This document shows, in pieces, positions 45,161 through 55,646 of a DNA stretch of 59,129 bases. The stretch comes from an uncultured bacterium (GTDB lineage Bacteria; Patescibacteriota; Minisyncoccia; Moranbacterales; UBA2206), in the NCBI GenBank assembly GCA_903831805.1, contig CAIKZD010000016.1, positions 1-59,129 on the forward strand, written 5' to 3'. Within the stretch, counting starts at the first letter, position 1; each line of letters opens with the position of its first letter. Both the position numbers and the translations under genes were made by a program. The notes beneath the pieces are model-generated. The model was not told the origin of the DNA. It was given only the letters and a program-made list of their open reading frames with translations, and did no database searches.

Positions 45161-45257
45161 CTTAAGTCAATTGAATATGGATAAAAGAATGATTCGATTG
45201 TCCGTCTTTCTTGGGAACCTAGACAAGTAAAGATGTTTAACAATTAAAAAATGTTTA

Positions 45258-45833
45258 ATGCGTATCATTAGTGCTTACATAGCCATCTTGATCGCTATTC
45301 TTTTGGTCAGCCCAAAAGTAGCGTTCGCCGATGAGCTTCCAGCGTCTAATGAAACAAAAATAAATTTTAAAATACAAGATAGTGGGATGATAAGTAGCGG
45401 CGTGACATTGGTGGACAATAGCCATGTGCTGCTCGCCTATAATCCGAACAACTTTAAGAGCACGGTGGCCGTATCAGAAGAGGACACTAAAAGAGATATG
45501 GCCCTAGCGCGCTTCAAATCAGACTCGCGAACGCGTAATCTGCCTGATGGAAAGTTCACTATCAATGCTTCCGCCTATACGGCGGCGGCCGATGAATGCG
45601 GGAAATCCGATGGGGTGACTGCTTCCGGCCTCAAGGTCAAGGAAAATGAAACGCTCGCTTGCCCCGCTCAATTTCCTTTTGGCACAAAAATCCAAATCGA
45701 AGGCATGGGCACCTATATCTGCGAAGATCGTGGGGGTGCGATCAAAGTCAATCATATAGACATCTATATGCAAACTAAAGCGCAAGCTTTCAGTTTTGGC
45801 CGACAAAACTTGGTGGCCGAGGTGGTCATCTAA
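45258..45833 (+). CDS. Secreted 3D-domain (MltA/Rpf-associated) cell-wall protein
   Basis: 191 aa with a signal peptide (AILIAILLVSPKVAFA). The C-terminus ASAYTAAADECGKSDGVTASG...GTKIQIEGMGTYICEDRGGAI..NHIDIYM is typical of 3D domains. Confidence 0.8.
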   Translation: MRIISAYIAILIAILLVSPKVAFADELPASNETKINFKIQDSGMISSGVTLVDNSHVLLAYNPNNFKSTVAVSEEDTKRDMALARFKSDSRTRNLPDGKFTINASAYTAAADECGKSDGVTASGLKVKENETLACPAQFPFGTKIQIEGMGTYICEDRGGAIKVNHIDIYMQTKAQAFSFGRQNLVAEVVI

Positions 45834-45849
45834 GAAGAAGTCAAAACAA

Positions 45850-45885
45850 AAATCCTTCCTGGTAATGGGAAGGATTTTTTGTTTT
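45850..45885 (+). terminator. Rho-independent terminator
   Basis: 10-bp stem AAATCCTTCC (45850-45859) / GGAAGGATTT (45868-45877) followed by TTTGTTTT. Confidence 0.65.
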
Positions 45886-45936
45886 ATTGACTATAAAGAG
45901 TGGGTTTGGTAAGATTAGTTATAGTTTTGGATGATA

Positions 45937-46007
45937 GGTCGTGTGGCCGAGTGGTTAGGCAAGGGTCTGCAAAACCCTGTACCCCGGTTCAAATCCGGGC
46001 GCGACCT
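45937..46007 (+). tRNA. tRNA-Cys (anticodon GCA)
   Basis: Acceptor GGTCGTG/CGCGACC, anticodon arm AGGGT-CTGCAAA-ACCCT, T-arm CCGGT? region CCCGG-TTCAAAT-CCGGG. Confidence 0.88.
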
Positions 46008-46020
46008 CAAATGAAATTAT

Positions 46021-46103
46021 GGGAGAGTGGTGAAATGGTATACACTCGACACTTAAAATGTCGCGGAGCTTGCTCCATGAGGGTTCGAGTCCCTCCTCTC
46101 CCA
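46021..46103 (+). tRNA. tRNA-Leu (anticodon TAA)
   Basis: Acceptor GGGAGAG/CTCTCCC, anticodon arm CGACA-CTTAAAA-TGTCG, long variable arm, T-arm GAGGG-TTCGAGT-CCCTC. Confidence 0.92.
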
Positions 46104-46179
46104 CCTAGATAGTATTTAGATTAAGCATTTTTCGTAAAAACAAAAAAAATGTACTTTTTTAAAGGAGGCTAGGAAAAAT

Positions 46180-46404
46180 ATGGATTTACCCAGAGGATGT
46201 ACTGGTAGAAGTGACTGTCGTTGTGGGCAACCCAAGTGTTTAGCCCGGGAGTATGCAGCTTGCTCAATAGAGGCTAAAATTTCTTATAAAATACATGGAA
46301 AATGCCTTCGCACAGAATTATATTTAGAACACGCTGAATCAGCTAAACGTATGTTTAGAGATTCAGACGAAGCTGGCTTTAAAAGGCGTATTGAAGAATT
46401 ATAA
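46180..46404 (+). CDS. Small Cys-containing hypothetical protein
   Basis: 74 aa. AAAGGAGG at 46161-46168 and AGGA at 46171-46174 lie upstream of the ATG. Five Cys occur in the first 28 residues. It stands alone after two tRNAs. Confidence 0.45.
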   Translation: MDLPRGCTGRSDCRCGQPKCLAREYAACSIEAKISYKIHGKCLRTELYLEHAESAKRMFRDSDEAGFKRRIEEL

Positions 46405-46421
46405 GATTGTGCGCTGAGGCT

Positions 46422-47033
46422 TTAATCTTGCGACAACTCATTTTTACATGAGTTGTCGCTTTTTATTTCTTTTAATATTTTAGGAATACGCTTAAAATCT
46501 TTAATGAGGGTTTCACGCATTGAGCCGTTGTAGAGTGCGGCAGCTGGATGATAGAGTGTGTAGAAAATTTGTGGTCCGATGCCTTCGATTTCGCGGCGCA
46601 TGACGTGACCATGCATTTCGGAAATTTTTTGGCCGGGGAGAAATCTTTCCATGGAATGGCGGCCGAGAGTGACGATCAGTTTTGGTTTTATGATTTTAAT
46701 TTGTGCCAGAAGCCATGGCCAGCACAGTTTTATTTCTTCGGGGCTTGGGTCGCGATTGGCTGGCGGACGGCATTTGCACACATTAGCGATATACACTTCT
46801 TCGCGCTTAAGCTTGATGGTGCTGAGCATTTCGTCTAGGAACTTACCAGCCGCGCCCACGAATGGTACGCCGGTTTCATCTTCTTTTTTGCCTGGGGCTT
46901 CGCCGATGAACATGATTTCCGCCTCGGCTGAGCCCGCTCCCGGCACAACGCGCATGCACCCAGGACGCAGAGCGCAGAGGGAACAGGCGGACATCTTGGC
47001 GTTCAGTTGGTTGAGTTGGGATTGTTTGGACAT
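46422..47033 (-). CDS. Family 4 uracil-DNA glycosylase
   Basis: 203 aa with an N-terminal Cys cluster (CSLCALRPGC), GEAPGKKEDETGVPFVGAAG and the HPAA region. Confidence 0.88.
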   Translation of the reverse strand: MSKQSQLNQLNAKMSACSLCALRPGCMRVVPGAGSAEAEIMFIGEAPGKKEDETGVPFVGAAGKFLDEMLSTIKLKREEVYIANVCKCRPPANRDPSPEEIKLCWPWLLAQIKIIKPKLIVTLGRHSMERFLPGQKISEMHGHVMRREIEGIGPQIFYTLYHPAAALYNGSMRETLIKDFKRIPKILKEIKSDNSCKNELSQD

Positions 47034-47037
47034 AGTT

Positions 47038-47562
47038 TTATTTCAAGTCGTGCACTCTTATCAGTTCAAACTTCCCCGTTTCTGTTTCCCAGGTCGCGAA
47101 AGTCGGTGGATAGATTTCGCCGGCGGTCGTGCCGGGATTAAGTAGAGTGCAAATACGCGCTGGATTGTCCTGGGCTGGCGCGGAGACGATCCAAGGCTTG
47201 TGGGTGTGGCCGTAGAAAACGAAATCATATTTGCCGGTGCGGGCCAAACTTTTGGCCTTGTCCGGATAGTGGACGAAAGCCACATTCTTTTTTTCGATGA
47301 CCGCTTCGCCGAAATTTTTGAACAAATAGGTGTTGCGGTATTTTTTTTCTTCGGCCAAATCGCGCAGGTCATCAAAATCCATATTGCCAAAAGTGTATAG
47401 AATGTTACCGGAAAAATTGTCATTCAAAAAATCTAAAGTTTCTTTCGACGCCAAATCGCCGCAACAGATCATGGTTTGAATTTCATGTTCTCGGCAATAG
47501 TTCAAAACTTTGGCAAGGTTTTCTTCATTATTGTGAATGTCGGAAGTGATGGCGACGAGCAT
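47038..47562 (-). CDS. YfcE/MJ0936-family metallophosphoesterase
   Basis: 174 aa with SDIHNN, CCGDL and GHTHKP motifs. Confidence 0.85.
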   Translation of the reverse strand: MLVAITSDIHNNEENLAKVLNYCREHEIQTMICCGDLASKETLDFLNDNFSGNILYTFGNMDFDDLRDLAEEKKYRNTYLFKNFGEAVIEKKNVAFVHYPDKAKSLARTGKYDFVFYGHTHKPWIVSAPAQDNPARICTLLNPGTTAGEIYPPTFATWETETGKFELIRVHDLK

Positions 47563-47566
47563 AGGA

Positions 47567-48409
47567 TTATTTTCTAAATTTTTTCAACAGTTCAATATCT
47601 TCCATGACTTTATCATGCTCTGTTTCCAAAATCATATCAATATTATTTTTTTCGGCCAAGGCGACGATATTTTTGAAAGCTTCTGATCCGATTAATCCTT
47701 CTCCGATGTGAGTGTGGCGATCTTTTTTGGAGCCGCATTCGGTGAGGGAGTCGTTGGCGTGGATGAGCTTTATTTTTTCGAGACCAATCTCGCTATCGAT
47801 CTGTTGAAGGAGGGACATGTCGCGACCTGTCCGTACGTCAAATTTTCGCCAATCGTAACCGGAAGCGAAGGAGTGCTGGGTGTCCAGGCAGATGCCGTTG
47901 AGCTTTGGATGATTGACGAGCTGAATAATTTTTGCAATTTGGGAAAAAGTGGCGCCAATTATTTTTCCAGCACCGGCGGCGTTTTCAATTAATAATTCTG
48001 TTGAACCAGTATAGCCGTCTAAGGTTTTCGCAATCATTTCGGCGGTTTTGGTGGTGGCTTCTTTTTCGTCCAAGTCACCGGCACTGCCGAGGTGAGTCAT
48101 GACAAATTTGGCGCCGAGAAGACTGGCGCGTTCCAGTTCATCGCGCACGACAGAAACTGAACCGTAGCGGATGCGGTTGTTGGCGGACACGAAATTGATA
48201 TAATATGGCGTATGGACGACAAAATTTTCCAGCTTATGTTTTTTCATCTCGGTCGAAAATTTTGCCAAAACTTCTTCAGTCAATTCAGGTGCTTTGCCGC
48301 CTTGCGGGGAACGGGTGAAAACCTGAAAACATTCCGCTCCCAAATCATCCGCTCTTTGCGGAGCATTGAAAATTCCTTGGGCAATGGAAACGTGACAACC
48401 TATTTTCAT
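47567..48409 (-). CDS. nfo: Endonuclease IV (AP endonuclease)
   Basis: 280 aa TIM-barrel type with MKIGCHVS, VVHTPYYINF, LIENAAG, CLDTQH and HANDS motifs. Confidence 0.92.
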   Translation of the reverse strand: MKIGCHVSIAQGIFNAPQRADDLGAECFQVFTRSPQGGKAPELTEEVLAKFSTEMKKHKLENFVVHTPYYINFVSANNRIRYGSVSVVRDELERASLLGAKFVMTHLGSAGDLDEKEATTKTAEMIAKTLDGYTGSTELLIENAAGAGKIIGATFSQIAKIIQLVNHPKLNGICLDTQHSFASGYDWRKFDVRTGRDMSLLQQIDSEIGLEKIKLIHANDSLTECGSKKDRHTHIGEGLIGSEAFKNIVALAEKNNIDMILETEHDKVMEDIELLKKFRK

Positions 48410-48521
48410 AGTATTTAGTATAAATTATCTTGTATCTAGTATAAGATACAAACAAGTAATAGCCAAATTGCAAAAAAACAGCCGTCAGACTGGTTTTGTA
48501 TGAAAAATATGAAATTTCCAT

Positions 48522-49481
48522 TTAAACTATTTCCCACCCATCTTCCGTTTCTCGGATGGTGCCTTTGATTTCAAAGCCGGAAGCGAGTTTGTGGCCGCCG
48601 CCGCCGAATTGGGCGGCTATGGCTGAGACGTCGACGCCTTTGTATTCTTCAGAGCGCAGACTGCCTTTGATCGTGCCGTCGCCGCGTTCACTTAAAATCA
48701 GGGCGAATTTGGTGCCAGGGACGGTGTTCAGGATTTCAGAAACCCGGGCGATGTCTTCGGTGCTGGCGCCACATTCTTCCAAATCATGTCGCGTGAGGAC
48801 GGAGGCAATCATGCCATTTTTCGGATTGATGCGGGCTTTTTCAAAAGCTTTGCCCCAGAGGCGAAGAGTAGCGATATTTCGATTGGCAAAGGAAGTTTGC
48901 ACGATTTTGGCCATAGGAGCGCCAGCTTTCATAAGGGCGGAGGCGATAGTCATGACGCGCGGGGTAGTGTTGGAATGTTGGAACATGCCGGTGTCGCTGA
49001 GGATGCCAAGCAAGAGGCAAGTAGCCATTTCGCGAGTGATTTTAATCTGCATAGCCTCAAAAAAGTCATAGATAATTTCGCAGACGGAAGAATATTGCGC
49101 CTCGATGATGTTGATGTCGGCGCGGATAGTGATGTCCGGATGATGGTCGATGAGGGCAATCACTTGATTTTCAGAAAAATCATTTTTTATCTTTTCAAAA
49201 CCACGCTCGACGCTGTCAGCCGCGATAACGAGGTTATATTTTTTCAGGTCCAGCTGGTCGGGGTGAATGAAATCGACGTGGGCGACATTTTTGAGATAAT
49301 CCGGGAAAACATCGAAACAAGCGATGTCGACATTTTTCCCCAGGCCCAGGGCATACGCGCGCAAAGCTAAAACCGAGCCGACCGTATCGCCGTCCGGTCT
49401 GGAATGCGCAAAAAGCAGAATATGTTCAGATTCTTTAATGGCAAAATTAAGAGTGTTGAATTCTTGAGCGAAGGTTGACAT
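48522..49481 (-). CDS. nrnA: DHH/DHHA1 phosphoesterase (NrnA-like)
   Basis: 319 aa with HSRPDGDTVGS, DHH (IDHHPD) and a C-terminal GGGHKLASG motif. Confidence 0.85.
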   Translation of the reverse strand: MSTFAQEFNTLNFAIKESEHILLFAHSRPDGDTVGSVLALRAYALGLGKNVDIACFDVFPDYLKNVAHVDFIHPDQLDLKKYNLVIAADSVERGFEKIKNDFSENQVIALIDHHPDITIRADINIIEAQYSSVCEIIYDFFEAMQIKITREMATCLLLGILSDTGMFQHSNTTPRVMTIASALMKAGAPMAKIVQTSFANRNIATLRLWGKAFEKARINPKNGMIASVLTRHDLEECGASTEDIARVSEILNTVPGTKFALILSERGDGTIKGSLRSEEYKGVDVSAIAAQFGGGGHKLASGFEIKGTIRETEDGWEIV

Positions 49482-49508
49482 GATTGTCGTGTATTAAAAA
49501 GATGCTTT

Positions 49509-49630
49509 CTTTACTAATTACTAATCATGTGCGAATATACTAATTTTTATAAAGCAGGCTATGCTTAAAAATAAACCAAGTCCGTTTTTAAGGGATTGGT
49601 ATATTAGTATTTAATTTGTAATTCGTAAAG
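49509..49630. repeat. Imperfect palindromic MITE-like element (same arm family as 4370..4556)
   Basis: Arms CTTTACTAATTACTAAT (49509-49525) and ATTTGTAATTCGTAAAG (49614-49630) are 15/17 complementary. The 33-mer at 49599-49631 is 31/33 identical to 4525-4557. Confidence 0.7.
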
Positions 49631-49646
49631 ATTATTCTCACGAAGA

Positions 49647-49979
49647 TTAACGGATCTCTTTAAGAATCTTCTCGATTTCGTCAGCTTTTGATTCGGTGAA
49701 ATCGACGCGGAATTCGACTTTGGGCAGCGGCTTCATATGCAGTTTTTTGTTGAGACTGCCTTGAATGCGGTACGCTTCTTTTTGCAAAGTTTTAATGGCG
49801 TAATTGATTTCAGATTCCGGGAAAATACTGACGAATATACGAGTATAGCGGAGATCAGGAGAAGTGTCAACCTTAGCGATCGTTATGAAAACACCCTCTT
49901 TGAGGGAGAGCTCTTTTAATAGAATTTCATCCACGGTTTGGCGGACGAGATCGTTAATCTTAATAATACGATTCGACAT
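49647..49979 (-). CDS. rbfA: Ribosome-binding factor A
   Basis: 110 aa with ITIAKVDTSPDLRYTRIFVS and LHMKPLPKVEF motifs, downstream of infB. Confidence 0.9.
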   Translation of the reverse strand: MSNRIIKINDLVRQTVDEILLKELSLKEGVFITIAKVDTSPDLRYTRIFVSIFPESEINYAIKTLQKEAYRIQGSLNKKLHMKPLPKVEFRVDFTESKADEIEKILKEIR

Positions 49980-50007
49980 AAACTTAATTTAAAAATTTCA
50001 AAATCCA

Positions 50008-50079
50008 AATTTCAAATGACAAATAAAATCTAAAATCAAAATATCAAAAAATTATTTATTAATTTTGTCATTTGAAATT
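50008..50079. repeat. 16-bp perfect inverted repeat between infB and rbfA
   Basis: AATTTCAAATGACAAA (50008-50023) / TTTGTCATTTGAAATT (50064-50079). The loop contains the 17-mer AAAATCTAAAATCAAAA (50025-50041), also present at 52498-52514. Confidence 0.8.
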
Positions 50080-50112
50080 GATTTGAAATTTGTAATTTGA
50101 TATTTGAAATTT

Positions 50113-51891
50113 CTACAAGGTTCTTTTTTTGATTTCTTCGCGATAACACAAGAGGGTGTCGTCGACTTTGATTTTAGTTTCGCCAAGGAAAGTGACGCCG
50201 CATTCTTTTTGTTTAGTGACTTCATCGACGTCCACTTTGTTTTCTTGCAGATTCTTAAGGGTGCCTTTGCCGATGACATTCTCGCCACGCATCACTTCCA
50301 GGAGGGTGCCGTTGACCATTTTGCCGGTAAGAATTTTTCCACCGACAATCATATCGCCGCGACCGGTTTTGAAAATAGCCAGCACTTGCATCTTGCCAAA
50401 ATCCGTGCGTTCCACAATTGGCGGCAGCATGGCGACCAATTTGCTCTTGATATCATCCACCAATTCATAAATGACGCGAAAGTTTTTGATTTCCACTTTG
50501 GCGTTTTCGGCCATGCGTTTGGCCACGGTGGTGGCTTCGACATTGAAACCATAAACAATCGCATGGGTGTTGCCAGCCAAACGGACATCGGATTCGGTGA
50601 TGTTGCTGACACCCATTTCGATGTAATCAATAGCCACTTCGTCGGATTTGATCTCGCCTAAAATTTGCAAAATAGCTTCCAGTGATCCTTGCACATCAGA
50701 CTTAAGGATGATGTTCAAGCGTTTCACTTTTTCATCCACAATGGTTTTCATCACAGTGCGAGTATTTTGGGCTTCTTGGTTGCCGGTTTGGTTGAATTTT
50801 CCGATAAGCGCACGATTTCTGGCGTTGGCCTTGTCAGTGGCGACTTGTAGGATATCATTAGAATTGGGGGCGCTGTTGAGGCCGATCAAACTAATAGGAG
50901 ACGATGGGCCGGCTTCGGTAACGCGTTGACCTTTGAAATTTTCAATGCGGCGGACTCGGCCATAGGTCGTGCCAGCCACTATATCCTGACCTTCTTTAAG
51001 CACCCCGGTTTTCACTAGGATAGTGGCCACCGGACCTTTTTGCGGATCAAGATGGGATTCCAAAACGACGCCCAAGGGATCGCGGGCATAATCGGCTTGA
51101 AAGTCTTCCACCTCAGCCACTAATAGAATATTATCGAGCAAATCGTCGATGCCAATGTTCTTCTTAGCGCTGATTTTGGATGACAACACTTGGCCGCCCC
51201 ATTCTTCCAAGACAATGCCATGGTCGGCCAATTCTTGTTTCACTCGTTGGATGTTGGCTTCCGGTTTGTCGATCTTGTTGATAGCCACCACGGTGGGGAT
51301 TTTTTTGGCTAACAGATATTCGATTACTTCCTTGGTTTGCGGACGCACTCCGTCATCTGCGGCGACGACGAGGACGGCAATGTCAGCCAAGCTTACGCCA
51401 CGTTCGCGCATAGCACTGAAAGCTTCATGTCCCGGGGTGTCCACGAAAGTGATGATTTGACCTTTCTTTTTAACTTGATAAGCCGTGATATGCTGAGTGA
51501 TGCCACCTGATTCGCCAGCTGCGACACTGGTTTTTCTGATGGTGTCGAGTAAGGTGGTCTTGCCATGATCAACATGCCCCAAGATAGTGACAATGGGCGG
51601 ACGACCTTTCAGATTTTCCCCCGCAGCCTTTTCTTTTCGCAGTAAGTCATTCAATTTTTCCAAAGTCATCGTGTCGCTGGCCTCCACCACTTCTTCGGAA
51701 ACTTCAAAACCTAAATCTTGTGCAATAATAGAAGCTGTTTCAAAATCTATCTTTTCGTTGATAGTGGCCAGAATGCCATTTTTCATGAGTTCAGTGATAA
51801 TGACGCTGATAGACAAATTCAAAACTTCACCGAATTTTTTAACGGTGATAATTGGAGGCAAAGCTATTTTTTTCGGAGTTGTATCGGACAT
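50113..51891 (-). CDS. infB: Translation initiation factor IF-2
   Basis: GTPase motifs GHVDHGKTT, DTPGH and NKID, plus IF-2 C-terminal domains. Start set to the ATG at 51891 (MSDTTPKK) rather than the TTG at 51912, which overlaps the upstream gene. Confidence 0.93.
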   Translation of the reverse strand: MSDTTPKKIALPPIITVKKFGEVLNLSISVIITELMKNGILATINEKIDFETASIIAQDLGFEVSEEVVEASDTMTLEKLNDLLRKEKAAGENLKGRPPIVTILGHVDHGKTTLLDTIRKTSVAAGESGGITQHITAYQVKKKGQIITFVDTPGHEAFSAMRERGVSLADIAVLVVAADDGVRPQTKEVIEYLLAKKIPTVVAINKIDKPEANIQRVKQELADHGIVLEEWGGQVLSSKISAKKNIGIDDLLDNILLVAEVEDFQADYARDPLGVVLESHLDPQKGPVATILVKTGVLKEGQDIVAGTTYGRVRRIENFKGQRVTEAGPSSPISLIGLNSAPNSNDILQVATDKANARNRALIGKFNQTGNQEAQNTRTVMKTIVDEKVKRLNIILKSDVQGSLEAILQILGEIKSDEVAIDYIEMGVSNITESDVRLAGNTHAIVYGFNVEATTVAKRMAENAKVEIKNFRVIYELVDDIKSKLVAMLPPIVERTDFGKMQVLAIFKTGRGDMIVGGKILTGKMVNGTLLEVMRGENVIGKGTLKNLQENKVDVDEVTKQKECGVTFLGETKIKVDDTLLCYREEIKKRTL

Positions 51892-51898
51892 AAAGTGA

Positions 51899-52426
51899 TT
51901 ATTTTTTTTCAATTAATTTTTTAGGACTGCTGGATATGGCGATTTGAATGGCTTCTTTTTCTTCTTCTGTGAGGGGGTGTTTTTCGGAAACTCCGGCCAG
52001 AATAGTTTTGGTGTAGACACGGGAACCTTCGCGGGTGAACAGGGAAGAGATAGTCAGACCATCATTTTTGCCATTGAGCAGGGCCACCGAAAAACTTTGA
52101 TCGCCGCCGACATCCTTAAAAGGATTGAAACGGACGACGCCGAGCTTATGGAAACCGCGGAAGGACAAAGCATTGATCTGGTTGGAAATAGCATAGAGTT
52201 CCTGGATGTCTTTGTCGAGCAGTTTCAATGATTTGGCCTGAGAAAGCAACAGTTCTTCCAGATTGTTTATCTTATTACCGCCGAAAAATTCAAAACTTCT
52301 CTTTTTTAGGCGGTTAATCTGAATTTGGAGCAGAATGTTCCAAATCAAAAAAACCAAGAAAACAAGCAGAAAACTGAGGAGAAAGTAGGGAGAATAGTTT
52401 TGTATGATGTTGGCCAGTTCGGACAT
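51899..52426 (-). CDS. DUF4446-like membrane-anchored protein
   Basis: 175 aa with an N-terminal TM (FLLSFLLVFLVFLIWNILL), a coiled segment and LGVVRFNPFKDVGGDQSFSVALLN. This pattern is my recall of the DUF4446 family. Confidence 0.6.
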   Translation of the reverse strand: MSELANIIQNYSPYFLLSFLLVFLVFLIWNILLQIQINRLKKRSFEFFGGNKINNLEELLLSQAKSLKLLDKDIQELYAISNQINALSFRGFHKLGVVRFNPFKDVGGDQSFSVALLNGKNDGLTISSLFTREGSRVYTKTILAGVSEKHPLTEEEKEAIQIAISSSPKKLIEKK

Positions 52427-52520
52427 AAGTTTTTCTTGTTACTTATTCTAGGCTAGCATTAAAGCGGGGGAATGTAAAGTTTCTTGTAGGAAATTTTAAA
52501 ATCTAAAATCAAAAACTATT

Positions 52521-52651
52521 TGTCATTGCGAGGGAGTGTAGCGGACGAAGCAATCTCGCAATTTGTATCACCAAGCTAAACATTAAGACTGGTGAATTAA
52601 AGCATGAGATTGCCGCGGTCGTCTCGAGTACGAAACTCCCTCGCAATGACA
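52521..52651. repeat. 131-nt long-hairpin element (TGTCATTGCGAGGGAG arms)
   Basis: Perfect 16-bp arms at 52521-52536 / 52636-52651, with an inner pair GCAATCTC (52550-52557) / GAGATTGC (52606-52613). Confidence 0.8.
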
Positions 52652-52726
52652 GGTAATGGAAAATAAAAACGGCCCAGACGAGAGATCTGGACCGGCGATG
52701 CAAAAGCTTGTAAAGTAGATGATGTT

Positions 52727-53374
52727 TTATTCGTGGTCTACGTTCACCCTTAAGCTGCTTGTGGTAGCTTTTTTATAGAAACTAACAGCCAACTCATCCA
52801 TGTTTCCTCTTAATAAATCGAGGGAATCATAGACGGCTGCCGCTGCCCAAGCGGAAATGATTGTTGTTACAATCAAAACTTTTTCGCTTAGCAGGACATG
52901 CGGAGAAACAATGATTGCGATAACAATTGTCATCCAGGCATTCGTAAAAGCATTAAGCATGAGGAAAGTCAGGACTGTTGCTGAATCCAGAAATAACTTT
53001 TTGACGGAGGCAAATGTTATCACAAACCAAGCCACTGTCAGTCCAGATGCGATACTTTCGAGCATTTTATTGGCAAGGGCCGCATCAGCTCCAGCTTGAT
53101 AAACGTACCAAGAGCTTAGCATAATAGATACGAATAATACCCAGCCCTGCTTGTTGGTGTTCCCGATGAGATCGGAAATCATGCCCGTAAAATCGTTTTT
53201 TAACTTGGAAATTTGCTCATCATTTAATTTATTTCCAGTTTCAGGATCATTTCCTCCATCTACTTTTTCGAGTGCTGACTCCAATGCCGTTAAATTCCTC
53301 CTGGCAATAGTGTTTTTTAAAAGCCAGCCGAGCGGAGAAGGTGCCAAGATAATCTTCAAGATATTAAAGTCCAT
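52727..53374 (-). CDS. Hypothetical membrane protein
   Basis: 215 aa with a hydrophilic N-terminal ~75 aa followed by four hydrophobic spans. No family recognised. Confidence 0.55.
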   Translation of the reverse strand: MDFNILKIILAPSPLGWLLKNTIARRNLTALESALEKVDGGNDPETGNKLNDEQISKLKNDFTGMISDLIGNTNKQGWVLFVSIMLSSWYVYQAGADAALANKMLESIASGLTVAWFVITFASVKKLFLDSATVLTFLMLNAFTNAWMTIVIAIIVSPHVLLSEKVLIVTTIISAWAAAAVYDSLDLLRGNMDELAVSFYKKATTSSLRVNVDHE

Positions 53375-53482
53375 TGTTCTCTCCCTTTGCGATTTTATCG
53401 CTATTTTATTGGTAATGGTACTAAATTTCTACTACGGTAGTTACAATACACATTAGTATACTGTTAATTTTTTGTCAAAATA

Positions 53483-53512
53483 TACAAAAAGAGCCACCTC
53501 TCGACAGCTCTT
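53483..53512 (-). terminator. Possible terminator after groEL
   Basis: On the minus strand: AAGAGC...GCTCTT stem (53512-53507 / 53494-53489) followed by TTTTGTATATTTT. Confidence 0.4.
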
Positions 53513-53538
53513 TTCAAAAACTAAACTAAAAACATTTT

Positions 53539-55194
<1,656 letters not shown>

Positions 55195-55223
55195 TTAAGT
55201 TGTTAGATTAAGAAATTGTTTTT

Positions 55224-55499
55224 TTATTCTACCACTGCCAAAATATCTTCGTTCTTGACGAGGATGTATTTTTTGCCGTTGACTTTAATATCTGTCCCGC
55301 TGTATTGGCGAAAGATGACGAGCTGGCCATATTTCACTTTGATTTCTTTGGATTCACCGATGGCCATGACGCGCCCTTCCTTAGGTGTTTCTTTTTCATT
55401 AGATTCCGGCAAATAGAGGCCGGTCGCGGTCTTGGTTTTGACTTCTTGGGTTTCGACGAGGACGTTTTCCCCAAGCGGTTTTACATTGGTTTTTTCCAT
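55224..55499 (-). CDS. groS: Co-chaperonin GroES
   Basis: ORF 55224..55523 trimmed to the ATG at 55499 (MEKTNVKPLGENVLV). It lies immediately upstream of groEL. Confidence 0.93.
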   Translation of the reverse strand: MEKTNVKPLGENVLVETQEVKTKTATGLYLPESNEKETPKEGRVMAIGESKEIKVKYGQLVIFRQYSGTDIKVNGKKYILVKNEDILAVVE

Positions 55500-55516
55500 A
55501 ATGATATTTTTAATGA

Positions 55517-55543
55517 TTAGCACTCACAGTCGGAGACTGCTAA
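55517..55543. promoter_or_regulatory. CIRCE operator (HrcA-binding inverted repeat)
   Basis: TTAGCACTC-acagtcgga-GACTGCTAA matches TTAGCACTC-N9-GAGTGCTAA at 17/18 positions, 18 nt upstream of the groES start. Confidence 0.85.
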
Positions 55544-55550
55544 TTGATAT

Positions 55551-55578
55551 TTTATAGGAAAGATTTTTCTTGTCAAGA
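55551..55578 (-). promoter_or_regulatory. Candidate groES-groEL promoter
   Basis: On the minus strand: TTGACA (55578-55573), 16-nt spacer, TAAAAT (55556-55551), directly upstream of CIRCE. Confidence 0.55.
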
Positions 55579-55601
55579 ATGATGAAAGCCGCCCTATTGC
55601 C

Positions 55602-55630
55602 GTAGAGACGCAGCAATGCTGCGTCTCTAC
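55602..55630. repeat. GTAGAGACG hairpin (copy 3)
   Basis: GTAGAGACGCAGCA a TGCTGCGTCTCTAC followed by AATTTTA, between tRNA-Ser and the groES promoter. Confidence 0.8.
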
Positions 55631-55646
55631 AATTTTAATATGATTT

